NCBI GenBank assembly: GCA_963818475.1
Contig: CAWFSF010000005.1
Span: 352,001-416,000, forward strand
Source: Nitrospirota bacterium
GTDB lineage: Bacteria > Nitrospirota > UBA9217
DNA: 64,000 bases
Reading direction: 5' to 3'
The notes below the pieces were generated by a model that ran no database searches, had not been told where the DNA came from, and saw only the letters and a list, made by a program, of their open reading frames with translations. Position numbers and translations under genes: made by a program. Numbering within the stretch: the stretch's first letter is position 1; each line of letters begins with the position of its first letter. Shown piece after piece: positions 11,553-23,203 of this stretch.

Positions 11553-12824
11553 GTTCCCTCCGGGAGCGGCCGGTCTCTGCATACAGACGGGGCCCGTGTC
11601 CAGGGCAGGTCGTTCTTGTTCGGACGCGCAAAGACCACCTGGAAGAGCTGAAGGTCCCCGGCAGTAAAGGACGCAATGGACCCGGCGAGATAGAGCCTCC
11701 AGGACCGTATGAACTTCTGATCGTACATCGTGCCGATCCGGTCCTTCGCCTGTTCAAATCTTGTCCAGCCAGTGCTCGCAGCGTTTTCGCATAATGCAGC
11801 CGGAGGTTTTCAACATCGAGGATGGAAAACCCGGAAGGCTCGAATATCTCCATCATCTCCCGCAGGGTCGGCATATAGGAGCCGGGGAAGATATGCCGTT
11901 CTATCCAGGGATTCATGGGTTCCGCCTTGTTTCGTCCTATGGAGTGGATAAGCCCTCTCCCGTTCTCCTTCAGCGAGCGTCCTATGATCTTGCCGAGCTC
12001 CCGGTAATAGCGGGTGCCCACGTGTTCCAGCATTCCGATCGACACGAAGACGTCGAATCTGCCCGATATGTTCCGGTAATCGTCCTCGACAAATTCCACC
12101 GCGGTCGTCCAGCCCTTCCGCCTTCGCCCGTTCACGGGCGCTGACGACCTGCTGATGAGAAATATTATAGGCCTTGACCTTGACGCCGTAATTCCTGGCC
12201 ATGTGCAAGCGCAAGGGTCCCCCATCCGCACCCTGCTTCCACGACCGTTTCCCCGGGCTTGAGCATCAGCTTTTTGCAGACATGGTCCATCTTGGCGAGT
12301 CTGGGCCTCTTCCAGGGTAGCGGAGGGCGTCCTGGAAATAGGCGCACGTATACTGCATTTTTTCATCAAGCCAGAGCCGGTAAAAGTCGTTGCCGATATC
12401 ATAGTGATCGTGAATGTTTTCTTTCGATCCGCTCAGGGTGTTCGAGCGGGGCCGGTTGAAGAACGTCGTTCTCTATGCGTTGACGAAACCGGCCTTGGGT
12501 GCCTTCGCCATGCACCTGAACAGGGAGTCCATGATCTCGGCCAGGTCCCCTTCTACCTCGATGCTTCCTTCGCTGTAAGACGTCTCCGAAGTGAAGTTCA
12601 GGATGGACGAATAAGTGCAGCAGTGTTTTTCGATCGCGGATACGAACCGTGCCGACCGATTTTCCCTTTGCCGGACAGACCTTGCTGCCGTTCCCTATGA
12701 CCATGGTGACAGGGGGGTCGCCTAAGAGCGCCATTTGTCTGCGGATCATCTTCTTCTCAATATCGATCAGTCTGTCAAACGGGAAAATGCTGCCAAGGCC
12801 TTTGGTGTCAGCTGATTCATCCAT
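11539..12824 (-). CDS. cyclopropane-fatty-acyl-phospholipid synthase family methyltransferase, frameshifted
   Basis: [51 protein letters not shown] and WRLYLAGS across frames. Confidence 0.9.
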
Positions 12825-13060
12825 GTTTCTCTCCCTTACGCGAAGGATCAGAAGTTCTATGCAATTTCGTACCTAGTGGGAAGCGCCTCATCGCATAAAT
12901 ACAAATATAATACGCATTTATGCCTTGTCAACTCCGTATGCCTCATAACTGCAACATTCTGGAGCTGGTATACTCACAGAGTAGTGTTTTTGCCTCTATC
13001 ATCTGATGTAAGCTGCGGGTCGTGCAAAACGCCATCCTCAGAAAGAAGGTCAGGAGGACG

Positions 13061-14236
13061 ATGAAACACAATGCCTCCGCGACGTTGGCCAGGAATATGA
13101 TGCTTGAATTTGCCAAACAGACCGGGCTTGAACCGGCCAGGGAAGTGCCGCAACGCTACTTATGGACCGACGCTTTTGCCGTTTGCAACTTCCTGGAGCT
13201 TTATCGTCAAACGAGTGACGAGCACTACAGGGAACTCGCCCTCCGCCTCGTCGACCAGGTCCATGAGGTTCTCGGACGGCACCGTGACGATGACCCGCGA
13301 ACCGGCTGGATCAGCGGTCTCGATGAGGAGGAGGGCGCACTGCACCCCACGCGAGGCGGGTTGCGGATCGGCAAGGGAATGAACGAGCGCAAGCCCGATG
13401 ATCCTTATGACGAACAGCTGGAATGGGACCGGGACGGACAGTACTATCATTACCTGACGAAGTGGATGCACGCTCTCAACCGGGTGAGCCGGGCAACGGG
13501 AGCTCCTACCTGCCAGGGATGGGCGATCGAGCTCGCGAAGACAGCACATGCCAGGTTTACCTACAATCCTCCGGCCGGCGGACGGAAACGCCTGTACTGG
13601 AAAATGAGCATCGATCTCTCGCGTCCGCTGGTACCATCGATGGGGCATCACGATCCGCTCGACGGACTCATCACGTACCTCCAGCTCCAGACGACTGCGC
13701 CAACCGCTTCTGAGAGATCCGCACGACCCGACCTCAGCGCCGAGATACGGGATATGGCAGATATGTGCGAAGGGAAAAGGTGGGAAACAGATGACGCCCT
13801 TGGTATTGGCGAGCTCCTGAGCGCTACCTGCAAGCTGGCGCAATTGATGTTCATCGAAGGTCTTGAGCAGGCCGGCCTTCTGAACGCTCTCCTGGATTCT
13901 GCCCTGATAAGTTTACAGGCCTATGCAAGCAGCGACCCCTTAAAGCTTCCTGCCCGATACCGGCTCGCATTTCGCGAGCTGGGATTATCCATAGGATTAC
14001 ACGGGATCGAGAAAATGCCGGAATTGCTCGAACAAGCTCCGCAGAACATCACCGGGAAACATACGCTGCATTCGCTCATCGAACGCCTGATGCAGTATAC
14101 CGTGCTCAGTGACCGTATCGAAACGTTTTGGCTCGACCCTTCAAACAACCGGGGAAGCGGATGGACAGCGCATCGTGATATCAACAGGGTCATGCTGGCA
14201 ACCAGCCTGGCCCCCGACGGGTATCTCTCCCTGTGA
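13061..14236 (+). CDS. conserved hypothetical protein (possible alpha/alpha-toroid fold)
   Basis: Long ORF with RYLWTDAFAV, DRDGQYYHYLTKWMHAL, RLAFRELGL and HRDINRVMLATSL blocks. Confidence 0.75.
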   Translation: MKHNASATLARNMMLEFAKQTGLEPAREVPQRYLWTDAFAVCNFLELYRQTSDEHYRELALRLVDQVHEVLGRHRDDDPRTGWISGLDEEEGALHPTRGGLRIGKGMNERKPDDPYDEQLEWDRDGQYYHYLTKWMHALNRVSRATGAPTCQGWAIELAKTAHARFTYNPPAGGRKRLYWKMSIDLSRPLVPSMGHHDPLDGLITYLQLQTTAPTASERSARPDLSAEIRDMADMCEGKRWETDDALGIGELLSATCKLAQLMFIEGLEQAGLLNALLDSALISLQAYASSDPLKLPARYRLAFRELGLSIGLHGIEKMPELLEQAPQNITGKHTLHSLIERLMQYTVLSDRIETFWLDPSNNRGSGWTAHRDINRVMLATSLAPDGYLSL

Positions 14237-14266
14237 CAGGTCAGTGATTTTATTTGCTTTTAACTC

Positions 14267-14445
14267 GGTTCCCATGCGAAAATTTAGCCAGGCGACCGAG
14301 TCCGAGGGTGAAGCATTTCGGACTGTCTGAGCCCGCAGGGCGAGTTTCCGAAATGTACCGAGGACGACTGAGCATGGCGTAAAGAATTATCGCCGGGTGC
14401 CCTTCTTTGGGTCACCTTTATTGGGCACGCAACAAAGGTGACAAG
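14267..14445 (+). repeat. structured dispersed repeat, module R1 alone
   Basis: Near-identical to 31295-31473 (-), 36945-37088 (+) and 38296-38435 (+). Confidence 0.92.
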
Positions 14446-14554
14446 AAGTGTATGCCATGTTTCTGGAAGAGCATTTTTTCGCAGGCGGCCCAAGCGATCA
14501 GCTGCCTTAAAAAACACCCTGATCCGCCCACACAAATGTCTGAAGCCTTATTTC

Positions 14555-15280
14555 TTATTTTTGAATCTCCCCCACCATCGGCACAAAGGCCACCGGGCTT
14601 AACTGTTGAACGTCCAGTTCGCCTTTTCTCTTGGTCGCCAGCGTCAGCGTCTGGAAATAGAGCGTGCTGCCGAGCGGCACGATGAGCTTGCCGCCCTCCT
14701 TGAGCTGCTTGATGAGCGGAGGCGGGATATGGTTTGCCGCTGCCGTGATGATGATGGCGTCAAAGGGGCCATACTCTTCCCACCCGAAATACCCGTCGCC
14801 ATACTTCACCTTCACGTTCCCATGGCCCATATCAGCGAGCACCTTCGCAGCCCTGTCAACCAGGGTCTTCCTGATCTCGATGGTATAGACGTCCTTCACG
14901 ATCCGGGAAAGCACTGCAGCCTGATAGCCCGAGCCGGTCCCGATCTCCAGGACCCGGTCTCCGGGCTTGAGCTGCAAAGCTTCGGTCATGAGCGCCACCA
15001 CATAGGGCTGGGATATGGTCTGGCCCTCGCCGATCGGCAGGGGATGGTCGGCGTATGCCTTGTCTTGATAGGAGGCATTCACGAACAGATGCCTTGGTAC
15101 CGTGCCCATGACGCCGAGGACGACAGGGTCCTTCACTCCTCTGGCTTTGATATCATGCTCGACCATCTGAGCCCGCTTGAGCGCATACTTGTCCGCGGCA
15201 GCAGACAGGGCCGGTGAAAGCAAGAGGATGATAAGGGTATATACCGGAAGCAGGAATGCGGTTTTCAGGTGTTCGCTCAT
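14555..15280 (-). CDS. pcm: protein-L-isoaspartate O-methyltransferase with signal peptide
   Basis: [45 protein letters not shown]. Confidence 0.95.
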   Translation of the reverse strand: MSEHLKTAFLLPVYTLIILLLSPALSAAADKYALKRAQMVEHDIKARGVKDPVVLGVMGTVPRHLFVNASYQDKAYADHPLPIGEGQTISQPYVVALMTEALQLKPGDRVLEIGTGSGYQAAVLSRIVKDVYTIEIRKTLVDRAAKVLADMGHGNVKVKYGDGYFGWEEYGPFDAIIITAAANHIPPPLIKQLKEGGKLIVPLGSTLYFQTLTLATKRKGELDVQQLSPVAFVPMVGEIQK

Positions 15281-15918
15281 CGGACTCCTTGCCTCCTCTG
15301 GATGCATCCGGCAAAGGCGATGAAAAAGAGGGACGCTTTTTTGCGGTAAAATAAAAAGTAAAAAAAGCACACAAAGCTATCGTCTTTCACGATCAAATGA
15401 TCTTAAGCGATTGTGTTTTTCAGATCATTACGTCTCTACGTTACACACTTCATTGTCGCCGAACTGACAATCATCAGGAAGCACGGTCTGCTCGCCATGT
15501 CCTTTTATCCGCCCCTTGATGGACTGGATCGCGCCCGGCTCCGCATGGAGAATCTCCGGAATGGACGGTGCCGGCTCGCGTGATTCATCTGACTCGTCTC
15601 TGAATGCCCTCACTTCGTAGGCCTCGGTCAGCGTTTCACGTACCGCAGGTTTTCTTTTTCTTTTTAGCGCCCCTTTCATTGCCCTCGCCTCCTTTCTGTG
15701 CGACTCTCTCTTTCTTTAAGTATAGCACCGCCAGGGTCCCCTCTACCGATATCGTCAGCAAAAACGCCTGTCCGATACCCGGCACCGCACACCCGGGCCT
15801 ATCACCGAATTTTGCACTGACTTTGTCCGTTCCCTATGATATACTCCGACCTGTATTTGCAGAAGGCCCGCACTGCAGAAGCCGGGACACTCCACCACAA
15901 ATGGCAGGAGACCTCGTT

Positions 15919-16608
15919 ATGAATCAGAAAAAAATATTGATTTCCGAAGACTTGCAGCCCATGCTGCTGCAACAACAAGATGTTTTTTCCCGGTCGGATA
16001 TCGCTTTCTTTCCTGTTACTTCAAATGACGAGATCCTGAAGATCCATTTTCTGGAAAAGGTCAATCTCATCGTGACCAGGCTCAACATGCCGGGTCTCCG
16101 AACCGAAGAACTCTTCACCATCATCAGACAGACCCCGGACCTCCAGCACGTTTCCATTCTTATGCTCCACGATGACACGATCAGCCAGCGTGAACTGAGC
16201 AGGCAGTGCAGATGCAATGCGATCATGATCATGCCGGTTGCAGCAGACGCCCTGCACCGAAAAACGCAGGAACTCCTGAACGTCCCCGCCCGGCAGACCT
16301 ATCGCGTTGTCCTCAATGTGGCGGTTGACGGGATGTTCGGAAACAAGCCCTTCATGTGCCGCATGGAGAACATCAGCGCTACGGGCATGCTCATCAAGAC
16401 AGAGCAGAAGTTCGAAACGGGCATGACGATCTCCTGTTCGTTTTACCTCCCTGACGGCACCCGCGTCAGCACTCGTGGCGAGTTCGTGAGGACGGTCGCC
16501 CAGCATGGGCAGCAGGTCGAAAACCTCTATGGGATAAAATTCACGGACACCCTGTTTGAGGACAAAAAAGCGATCGAGCGGTTCGTTGCGAAATCGATGG
16601 CGAATTGA
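15919..16608 (+). CDS. receiver-like domain + PilZ domain protein
   Basis: Degenerate REC N-terminus; RQTYR and NISATG PilZ motifs. Confidence 0.85.
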   Translation: MNQKKILISEDLQPMLLQQQDVFSRSDIAFFPVTSNDEILKIHFLEKVNLIVTRLNMPGLRTEELFTIIRQTPDLQHVSILMLHDDTISQRELSRQCRCNAIMIMPVAADALHRKTQELLNVPARQTYRVVLNVAVDGMFGNKPFMCRMENISATGMLIKTEQKFETGMTISCSFYLPDGTRVSTRGEFVRTVAQHGQQVENLYGIKFTDTLFEDKKAIERFVAKSMAN

Positions 16609-16814
16609 TGCAGTTATTGCGAATTGCGAAGGTTAATATGGCCCCTCCCGGAAGCTGAGGGTATTGGGAGAGTGGGAGCTGCTGAGACTTGGCAAGAATT
16701 ACTTCGTTCGTATTACATTGAACCAGGGCAACTGTCAGTACCCTGCCTTGGAAAACTTTCCGCCTTACTTCTTTTTAGGTGCAGATCAAATTCGGCCCAA
16801 ACTAGCTAAATTAT

Positions 16815-16908
16815 TTAGCCACAGAAAGCACAGAAGGCACAAGAAAAGTTTGAATTCGCTGTTCGGGTTTCCGCTTTCCTTTGTGCTCTTTGTGATTTAT
16901 GTGGCTAA
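16815..16908. repeat. palindromic intergenic repeat
   Basis: ttagccacagaaagcacagaaggcacaag...ttgtgctctttgtgatttatgtggctaa; related arms near 3890-4015 and 44563-44591. Confidence 0.7.
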
Positions 16909-16958
16909 TCTGTTTTCCGGTGCGTACGGGTCTGGTTCAACACAGCTTACATCGATGC

Positions 16959-17339
16959 TTAATGCGCGCACCCGCCGTCTTTGCCGTGGCCCCCGCAGCA
17001 CGACCGGACCGAGTATACCGACAGGGCCTTCGAGGTGAAGAGACCCATATTCTCGTCGATCGTAGCTCCCTCTGCGCGGTACACCGTGATACCCATCTGG
17101 TTCAGCTTTGTAAGAGCGCCCGCCCCTATGCCGCCTACGACGATAACGTCGATACTCTGATTGTCCAGCGCCTTCATGGGGCTGCAGGCGCCGTGCGCAT
17201 GGTGCTGGTCGCCGTTGCTGATCGTTGAAACGCCGTTCGTGTCAGTGTCGACGACCACGAACTTCGGAGCGGACCCGAAGTGGTTGAACACCGTGCTTTT
17301 GAGCCCTTCATCGTTCTGTACCGGAAAGCAGATCTTCAT
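16959..17339 (-). CDS. NifB/NifX family (FeMo-co binding domain) protein
   Basis: HFGSAPKFVVVD, HGACSP, IVVGGIGAGA; Cys/His-rich tail. Confidence 0.88.
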   Translation of the reverse strand: MKICFPVQNDEGLKSTVFNHFGSAPKFVVVDTDTNGVSTISNGDQHHAHGACSPMKALDNQSIDVIVVGGIGAGALTKLNQMGITVYRAEGATIDENMGLFTSKALSVYSVRSCCGGHGKDGGCAH

Positions 17340-17380
17340 GGTATATCCTCCTTAGTGGATGGCTGTAAATAATAAGTTAA

Positions 17381-17662
17381 TCAATCTTCATACACGATGG
17401 CCTTGCCCCGGGCAAGGGCCGTCACGACCTTCTTTCGCGCAGCCGACAGTATCCGCTGCACCGTGCCTCTCGACACCCTCATCTTCACACCGGCTTCCTC
17501 CTGCGTCAGGTCGTCGAGGTCGCAGAGCTTCATGGCCTCCAGTTCATCCCGCGACAGGGAGATCTGCTCCACCTCGGACATGGGTATGCCCGTGGGTTTG
17601 AACGCTTTGCCTTTGAAGCTGCACTTGCAGTGGCGCGGTTTTTTCTTCCTGGGGCTCACCAT
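17381..17662 (-). CDS. DUF134 family DNA-binding protein
   Basis: FKPTGIP, DELEAMKLCD, QEEAG.KM.VSRGTVQRIL..ARKKV. Confidence 0.9.
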   Translation of the reverse strand: MVSPRKKKPRHCKCSFKGKAFKPTGIPMSEVEQISLSRDELEAMKLCDLDDLTQEEAGVKMRVSRGTVQRILSAARKKVVTALARGKAIVYED

Positions 17663-17875
17663 GCCTCCTACTGATCTGTGTATATGCACAATAGCCTAAC
17701 AGGCGCATCCTCGCTTGTCAAGAGGATTGTCGTGCAACACGTGCTTTTCGCCCTTATTTTATGCGGATCAGAACGCTGTTTTACTTTTGATTGTCAACGG
17801 AGCAGTACGTAGGAGAGAGCCCGGGGGATTATAGAATGTCCCCATCTGTTTCCGACGCCCGGGCCCGTTAGACGG

Positions 17876-19373
17876 TCAAGGAGCGGAGATCGTGTGGATC
17901 GTGTTTATGCTAATAGTTCCCGACCCGGCTTTTCCTTTGAAGGAGGCTCTTATGGTAGCGCTTCCCGCTTGGTCGCCGCCAATGACGCGGCCCGCCTGGG
18001 CCTGGTCGATCTCCGCGATACTCGTGTCGGATGTTTCCCAGTCCACTGTTCCAGTGAGGTCCTGTGTGGTCCCGTCCGAATAGCTGCCGATGGCCCCAAA
18101 CCGCGCTGTCTCGCCCACCATGATCATCGCGCTCTCCGGCATGATCGTAATGGAAATAAGCTCACGCCTGACCTTGAGCCTGGCGCTTCCGCGCTTCGTT
18201 CCGAGCGAGGCCGATATCGTCACGGCTCCTGCCACGTTGCCTGCAACGGCGCGGCCGGTGGCGTCAACGACCGCAACCTTGGCATTGGAGGAGCTCCAGA
18301 CCGCAGACGAGGTGATGTCCTTGACCGTCTTGTCCGAGAACTTTCCCATTGCCGTGAACTGCTGGACCGCACCATTCACGATCGATCTTGAGGCAGGCGT
18401 CACTACGATGGACAGGATGTCTCGGCTGACGTTGAGCACGGTCGACCCGGTCATATCACCGATCGCGGCCGAGATAGTGGCCGCTCCAAGCTCTGCTCCT
18501 GCGGCGATCCCGGACAGGTCGATCTTCGCGACGTTGACATCGGACGAACTCCACGTTGCGAACCAGGTGATATCTTTTTCGATATTGTCCGGATAATGCG
18601 CAACGCCGGCAAATTGCAGGGAGGCCCCCTTGGTGATCGTCGGTGAAGCCGGCGCGACCGTTATTGATACGAGTTCCTCCCGCGCGTCCCGCTGCAGGTT
18701 CCAGCGGATCCAGTCGTTGAGCGTGGCCTTCGGATCGAAATCCTGCGGCAGCGATACGCCCTCCTGCGTTGAAACAGAAACCTGCTGCAAGGCCTGGACG
18801 CTGACGGGCCGGACCTCCGCAAGCGCGCTTGTCTGGCCAACGGTCTGGGGCGCTTCCCTCGCCGCAATCACGGCCGGAACAACGCCTTCGTACACGTTGA
18901 TCGTAGTGCTCGCGTCATTCCTCCGCATCCACACGGTAGACAGTTTCTTTTGCGGCGACGAGGCCGGTACTGGTGATCACCTCCACATAGGAGTCGGGCG
19001 TTGCGCGCTTTTTTATCTTCGCCCATAACTTGCCATTGTGGAGAAACGCCTGCAAGTACAGTATGCCCGTCCGGTGCTCGAACTGCAGCATCCGCATCGT
19101 GAGGCGCGAGTTTTCCGACAGTCTCAAGGAGCCTCCGTCGGGCAAGCGGAGCTCAAGCCTGGAATTCTCCTGCACTTCCACCCGATCGTTCTTTGCGATG
19201 CTGTCGTTCTTCCTGATCAAGCGTCCTGCAGGCGTTTCATCGGTAAAGACGCGGACGGTTCCCTCGACCTGTGTCGCAACAGCTACTCCGTCCGGCACGA
19301 CTACTTCGGATGCCACGTTTACGATCAGCATTACAATGACCAATGCAAGAACAAGAGAAAATAAATGCTTCAT
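17876..19373 (-). CDS. FecR domain + three bacterial Ig-like (Big_2) repeats, frameshift near 18925
   Basis: FecR-like N-half (SRLELRLPDGGSLRLSENS); repeats of SITV.P...QF.A.G.YSD...DIT....W.SS. Confidence 0.85.
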
Positions 19374-19445
19374 GCAGATACTATCCTTTCTCCGATGCGC
19401 GAAAACATTGCCGAAATTCAGGAAATCCTGGTAATGCGCATTGCC

Positions 19446-19769
19446 CTAAATTCGGATATACTTTCGCACCTTGACTTCCAGTAGATTAACAAGCTCTGGC
19501 TGCATTCGGTCGTAAATATCGGGAATATCCAAGCACACCAATCGTTTATTTTTCAGAAGTTCCCGATACTTTTTAGCTATTTTGTTTCTATGGCTATTCT
19601 CCATAACAAAAACCATGTCGGCCCACTCGATCAGATCACCCGATAGCGGTGTGGCGGCATCTGTGTTGGTGCCTGCGCCGATAGCCTGAACGCCAGGGTA
19701 CTTCGAGAATACCGCCTCGGCGGTTGGGCTTCGCAGTCGATTTTCGCTGCACACGAACAACAAGTTCAC
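19446..19769 (-). CDS. low-molecular-weight phosphotyrosine phosphatase-like protein
   Basis: LFVCSENRLRSPTAE P-loop; EWAD; LDIPD. Confidence 0.9.
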   Translation of the reverse strand: MNLLFVCSENRLRSPTAEAVFSKYPGVQAIGAGTNTDAATPLSGDLIEWADMVFVMENSHRNKIAKKYRELLKNKRLVCLDIPDIYDRMQPELVNLLEVKVRKYIRI

Positions 19770-20002
19770 GGTTTTCTATCCTCGGATGATGAGTCTGCAG
19801 AATAATTACCTTCAAAACATCTACGCGCCAGGCTTTGCTTAACTCGATTAAACATCTGCGACATCTCGCGATGATCGCCAGGTGAGGATAAGGCCGTTCT
19901 TCTAGCTCAGAATTGTTGCATTACTATTCTTATCTGCTTCAGTGGAATTACATCACTGCCCTCAAGGTATTAAAATGAGCCTTTTTAGAGGTTTTCCTAC
20001 AG

Positions 20003-20049
20003 GTTCAACGACGAGTTCACACGCCGCGGCGTGGAATGAGTTGTTGTCC
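20003..20049 (-). other. attC-like site (short)
   Basis: Minus strand GGACAAC...ttccacgccgcggcgtgtgaactcgtc-GTTGAAC; homologous to 28045-28101. Confidence 0.75.
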
Positions 20050-20358
20050 TCTATGATTTGCTATGTTCCTTTCTTTGTCCCAGTCAAATCAGATATGATT
20101 CAAATATTTACATTGTAAAGATAATATAATGACTAGTCAAATTGTATTATGGATGAGGAGTTGAAGAAAGGTTTGGATGAATCATTTCGGTATCGGGCTC
20201 AGGTACAACCGCCGATAATATGGACAAGTTGGTTCCGAAGGCGAATTCGCATGAGCTACTGGAAACGGTGGCATGAGCTGAGGAAACGTATCGCCCCCGC
20301 TACCCGATTGGAATAGTATCGCCGTTTAGAGGTACTCAACGAACTGCGCAAACAACTT

Positions 20359-21027
20359 CTACTCATCAGAGTTCGACTCTTTTTCATACTTCTTACATGT
20401 AATCTCAATCTTGTTCGCCAGGTCATGTAATTGTTTTTTTCGAAGGGTCTTTATCAGTTCTTTCAAGTTCATGTTTGATTCGATCGTCGGATTGATCCAG
20501 GTTAAACATATTTTGTCTGCGATGTATCCCATTGCTTTTGGGCTGACCACATCTTCCAGCTTTGTGTATTTCTCTAATACCGGTCGTATATACTCATCAG
20601 CGTATATTTCATCCAATTCGCCCCCGCCCAATTTCAAACCGCCATGACCGTCTGGATATACAAGGAGACTTGCCGCAGTCTTATCCTGCTTTTTAATTGC
20701 TAAAAACTTTATGTGATCTAGAACATCATAATTGATTGGCATAACGCAATCTGTATCGTGTTTAATTTTATCGTCCTTATTAATAATGTTTACAAGAAAT
20801 TCAAATTCTGTCTTATTAGAAAATCCGAAGCTTTCGGGAAACACCAGATCGCAGCACTCCCTGCATCGAACTCCCTTCTTGATGGAAATGCCATAGAGTC
20901 CGTTAAATTGGGATTTTTTTAAGGGCAAGGTTAATGGCGTTTCAGCAAAGACGGAAAATGCAAAAAAAACAGCAACAATAAAAGTTACTATCCGCGTGAC
21001 TAAGCACATTTGACACCTCATTTTCAT
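20359..21027 (-). CDS. secreted hypothetical protein (cassette gene)
   Basis: AT-rich ORF with signal peptide; GTTGGTG core site 8 nt upstream of ATG. Confidence 0.7.
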   Translation of the reverse strand: MKMRCQMCLVTRIVTFIVAVFFAFSVFAETPLTLPLKKSQFNGLYGISIKKGVRCRECCDLVFPESFGFSNKTEFEFLVNIINKDDKIKHDTDCVMPINYDVLDHIKFLAIKKQDKTAASLLVYPDGHGGLKLGGGELDEIYADEYIRPVLEKYTKLEDVVSPKAMGYIADKICLTWINPTIESNMNLKELIKTLRKKQLHDLANKIEITCKKYEKESNSDE

Positions 21028-21416
21028 TATCAGGACACCAACGCGCCGGTGTCGCTGTCGCAGGCTATATTACGCCTTCTTTTAGTGAACGTTGTGCTGA
21101 ATATGCCTTTATTGACTCGGCAATCAAACCAGCAATCTTATCAAGGGCAGCCGCATCAATGGTGGGCAGCTGTTTCGTAGTTGACGAAATACGGAAATCC
21201 ACTATGACAGTCGGCAAGTGGGCGTTCTTGAGAATATAGTCTTTGCCCCTCCATAATTCGATACAGGTAAAGGCAGACCCGATCTTAAGCTTCGCGGAAT
21301 CACACAGAGGCCCTACAAGCGGAAGAGCCCTTACTCTGATCAGCATTCTCTTTAACGCCATGCCCCGAATAGACCCGTCTTTTTCTTTCACTCGACGGCG
21401 CTGTGGCCGGAAATAG

Positions 21417-21950
21417 TTATGGCGCCGCAAAATTATTATCCGATTTGACGATGTTTCTTTTGTCCTTGAATTTCGCGTAAGACAACCACATCAAAAGTGC
21501 CGACACAATGGTAAACGTCCAGTAATCAACAGGCATATTCAAGAACCATTGCTTATGCCAGGGTATCTTATTCTGGGAAAAATTATTAATTCCAAAGGCC
21601 GGGTTTAATACAAACCAGAGAAAGTCCTCTATGATCCAGAAGAGCATGAGTGCTGCGATTATTCTGGCTTCTGTCCTCAGTGACCAATAGAGATCGATAA
21701 ATACTCCGAGATGAAATACGAGAAACATAAAGCTGAACACCCACGCGTGATACCCGGTCATTGGCCTGCCACCCCAGAATATATCAAGCAGCCAGTGATT
21801 CTCGATCCTCCATGTTGGGAGGCTGGAAGCCCACCCTGCGGCGCCTTCAATTTGAATCTCTACTTCTGAGAAAAAAAATGCCGTCACGACGATCCACGAA
21901 AGGAGAAGCGCCAGCTCAACTTGCCATGATTTTTGTTTTATTTCCATCAT
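21417..21950 (-). CDS. membrane hypothetical protein
   Basis: EIQIEG..GWA..LPTWR, TGYH and EDFLWFVLNP blocks; stop overlaps CCATAAC. Confidence 0.8.
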   Translation of the reverse strand: MMEIKQKSWQVELALLLSWIVVTAFFFSEVEIQIEGAAGWASSLPTWRIENHWLLDIFWGGRPMTGYHAWVFSFMFLVFHLGVFIDLYWSLRTEARIIAALMLFWIIEDFLWFVLNPAFGINNFSQNKIPWHKQWFLNMPVDYWTFTIVSALLMWLSYAKFKDKRNIVKSDNNFAAP

Positions 21951-21953
21951 GTC

Positions 21954-23009
21954 CTACTTCGTAACCATAGTAATGATCTCATCAAGCTTTTGGAACGTTT
22001 CAGTGTTGCCGTTCTGTTTATACCGACTGATATTGTTCTGAAACGTATCAACATCAAAAAGAAATGATTTTATTCCATCAGGGGAAAAATCATCGAGATG
22101 TCTTCCATATCCGCATTTTTCAATATACGCCGCATTAACATATTGCTCAAATTGTCCTTTTACCGGCACGCTGCACACAGGTTTTTTTAAATAAACGGCC
22201 TCGCTCAGAAGGGAAAAGCCTCCATTGGAGATTACCGCCTTTGCTGAAGCGAGGTCCTCAATGAACCCGTCTTCGCTGAATTTTTTTAAAATGACATTCT
22301 TACGAATTTCGCTTTTATTAAATCCATAAACGATAAATGGTATATTCGGGATCTGGTTCAGTACCTGAATGATATTGTTCTGGCTCGACGAAGTTTGATA
22401 AACAAGTATATGCTCTCCTGATCTACTGGTTGCATTGAGTATTTTCTCTCTGAGAATAGGAGGGATGAGCGAAGTGTTTTTTTTCTTTGCCTGAGCCTTA
22501 AAGAACGAGGTGATCAAATAATAATCAGCATTGGGCACTTTCGCCTTAATAATGTTTCTGGCAATTTGATAACTATTCCTCTCTGATGTAGGGATCGGAA
22601 AATCAAGTTTGCAGCGGTTTACCGCTTGTATATTATCTATGCTGATCAGGGGTATTTTATTAAGCTTAGCAAAAAAGAATGTAAAAGAGTCAAAATCGGA
22701 GATCACCAGGTCCGGCTTGAACTCTTTATGAACCAGCCGATACTTGTGGAGATTGGCAATCAGGTCCTTCGGCCCATTTTTCAGCAACAGCGATGCGGTA
22801 CGATATTTTGAAACGCTTCCATTCCTGTAAGCAAGATGAAATCCTTTTATTTCATAAACCCTGTCAGGAAAGCGCTCTTTCATGAACACGTATGCCCTGT
22901 CGCTCGTTGCTATCCTCACATCGTGTTTCTTTAGCAGGTGAGATATTATTACATTGCTGCGAGTGGCATGTCCCATGCCCTCGCTTGGCAACCCATATAG
23001 AATTTTCAA
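21954..23009 (-). CDS. GT-B glycosyltransferase (MJ1255/VC2487-like)
   Basis: KILYG...EGMGHATRS, ISDFD, NGGFSLLSEA, GQFEQYVNA. Confidence 0.88.
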   Translation of the reverse strand: MKILYGLPSEGMGHATRSNVIISHLLKKHDVRIATSDRAYVFMKERFPDRVYEIKGFHLAYRNGSVSKYRTASLLLKNGPKDLIANLHKYRLVHKEFKPDLVISDFDSFTFFFAKLNKIPLISIDNIQAVNRCKLDFPIPTSERNSYQIARNIIKAKVPNADYYLITSFFKAQAKKKNTSLIPPILREKILNATSRSGEHILVYQTSSSQNNIIQVLNQIPNIPFIVYGFNKSEIRKNVILKKFSEDGFIEDLASAKAVISNGGFSLLSEAVYLKKPVCSVPVKGQFEQYVNAAYIEKCGYGRHLDDFSPDGIKSFLFDVDTFQNNISRYKQNGNTETFQKLDEIITMVTK

Positions 23010-23025
23010 TTGTTTCTCCTTTTAC

Positions 23026-23081
23026 CGATAACGACGAGTGTGGCCGGAGTGTAATCGATCTGCCCAAACGATTGGTTGGGA
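23026..23081 (-). other. attC-like site
   Basis: Minus strand TCCCAAC...ccacactcgtc-GTTATCG immediately before the RBS and start of the glycosyltransferase. Confidence 0.7.
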
Positions 23082-23203
23082 AATACTTTTCATTCCTCTC
23101 CATGTCTGCTGTCAAGGACTGACCCCTCAGCCCCCTATTATTATGTATGCTCGTCCCTGCCCCCCCTAAAATCAAGCGTAAATATTTGTCCCCCGATTCC
23201 TCC

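Noticed and set aside
16959-17339. Nitrogen fixation gene
   Set aside because: The NifB/NifX-family domain paired with DUF134 is common outside nif clusters, and no nif genes are nearby
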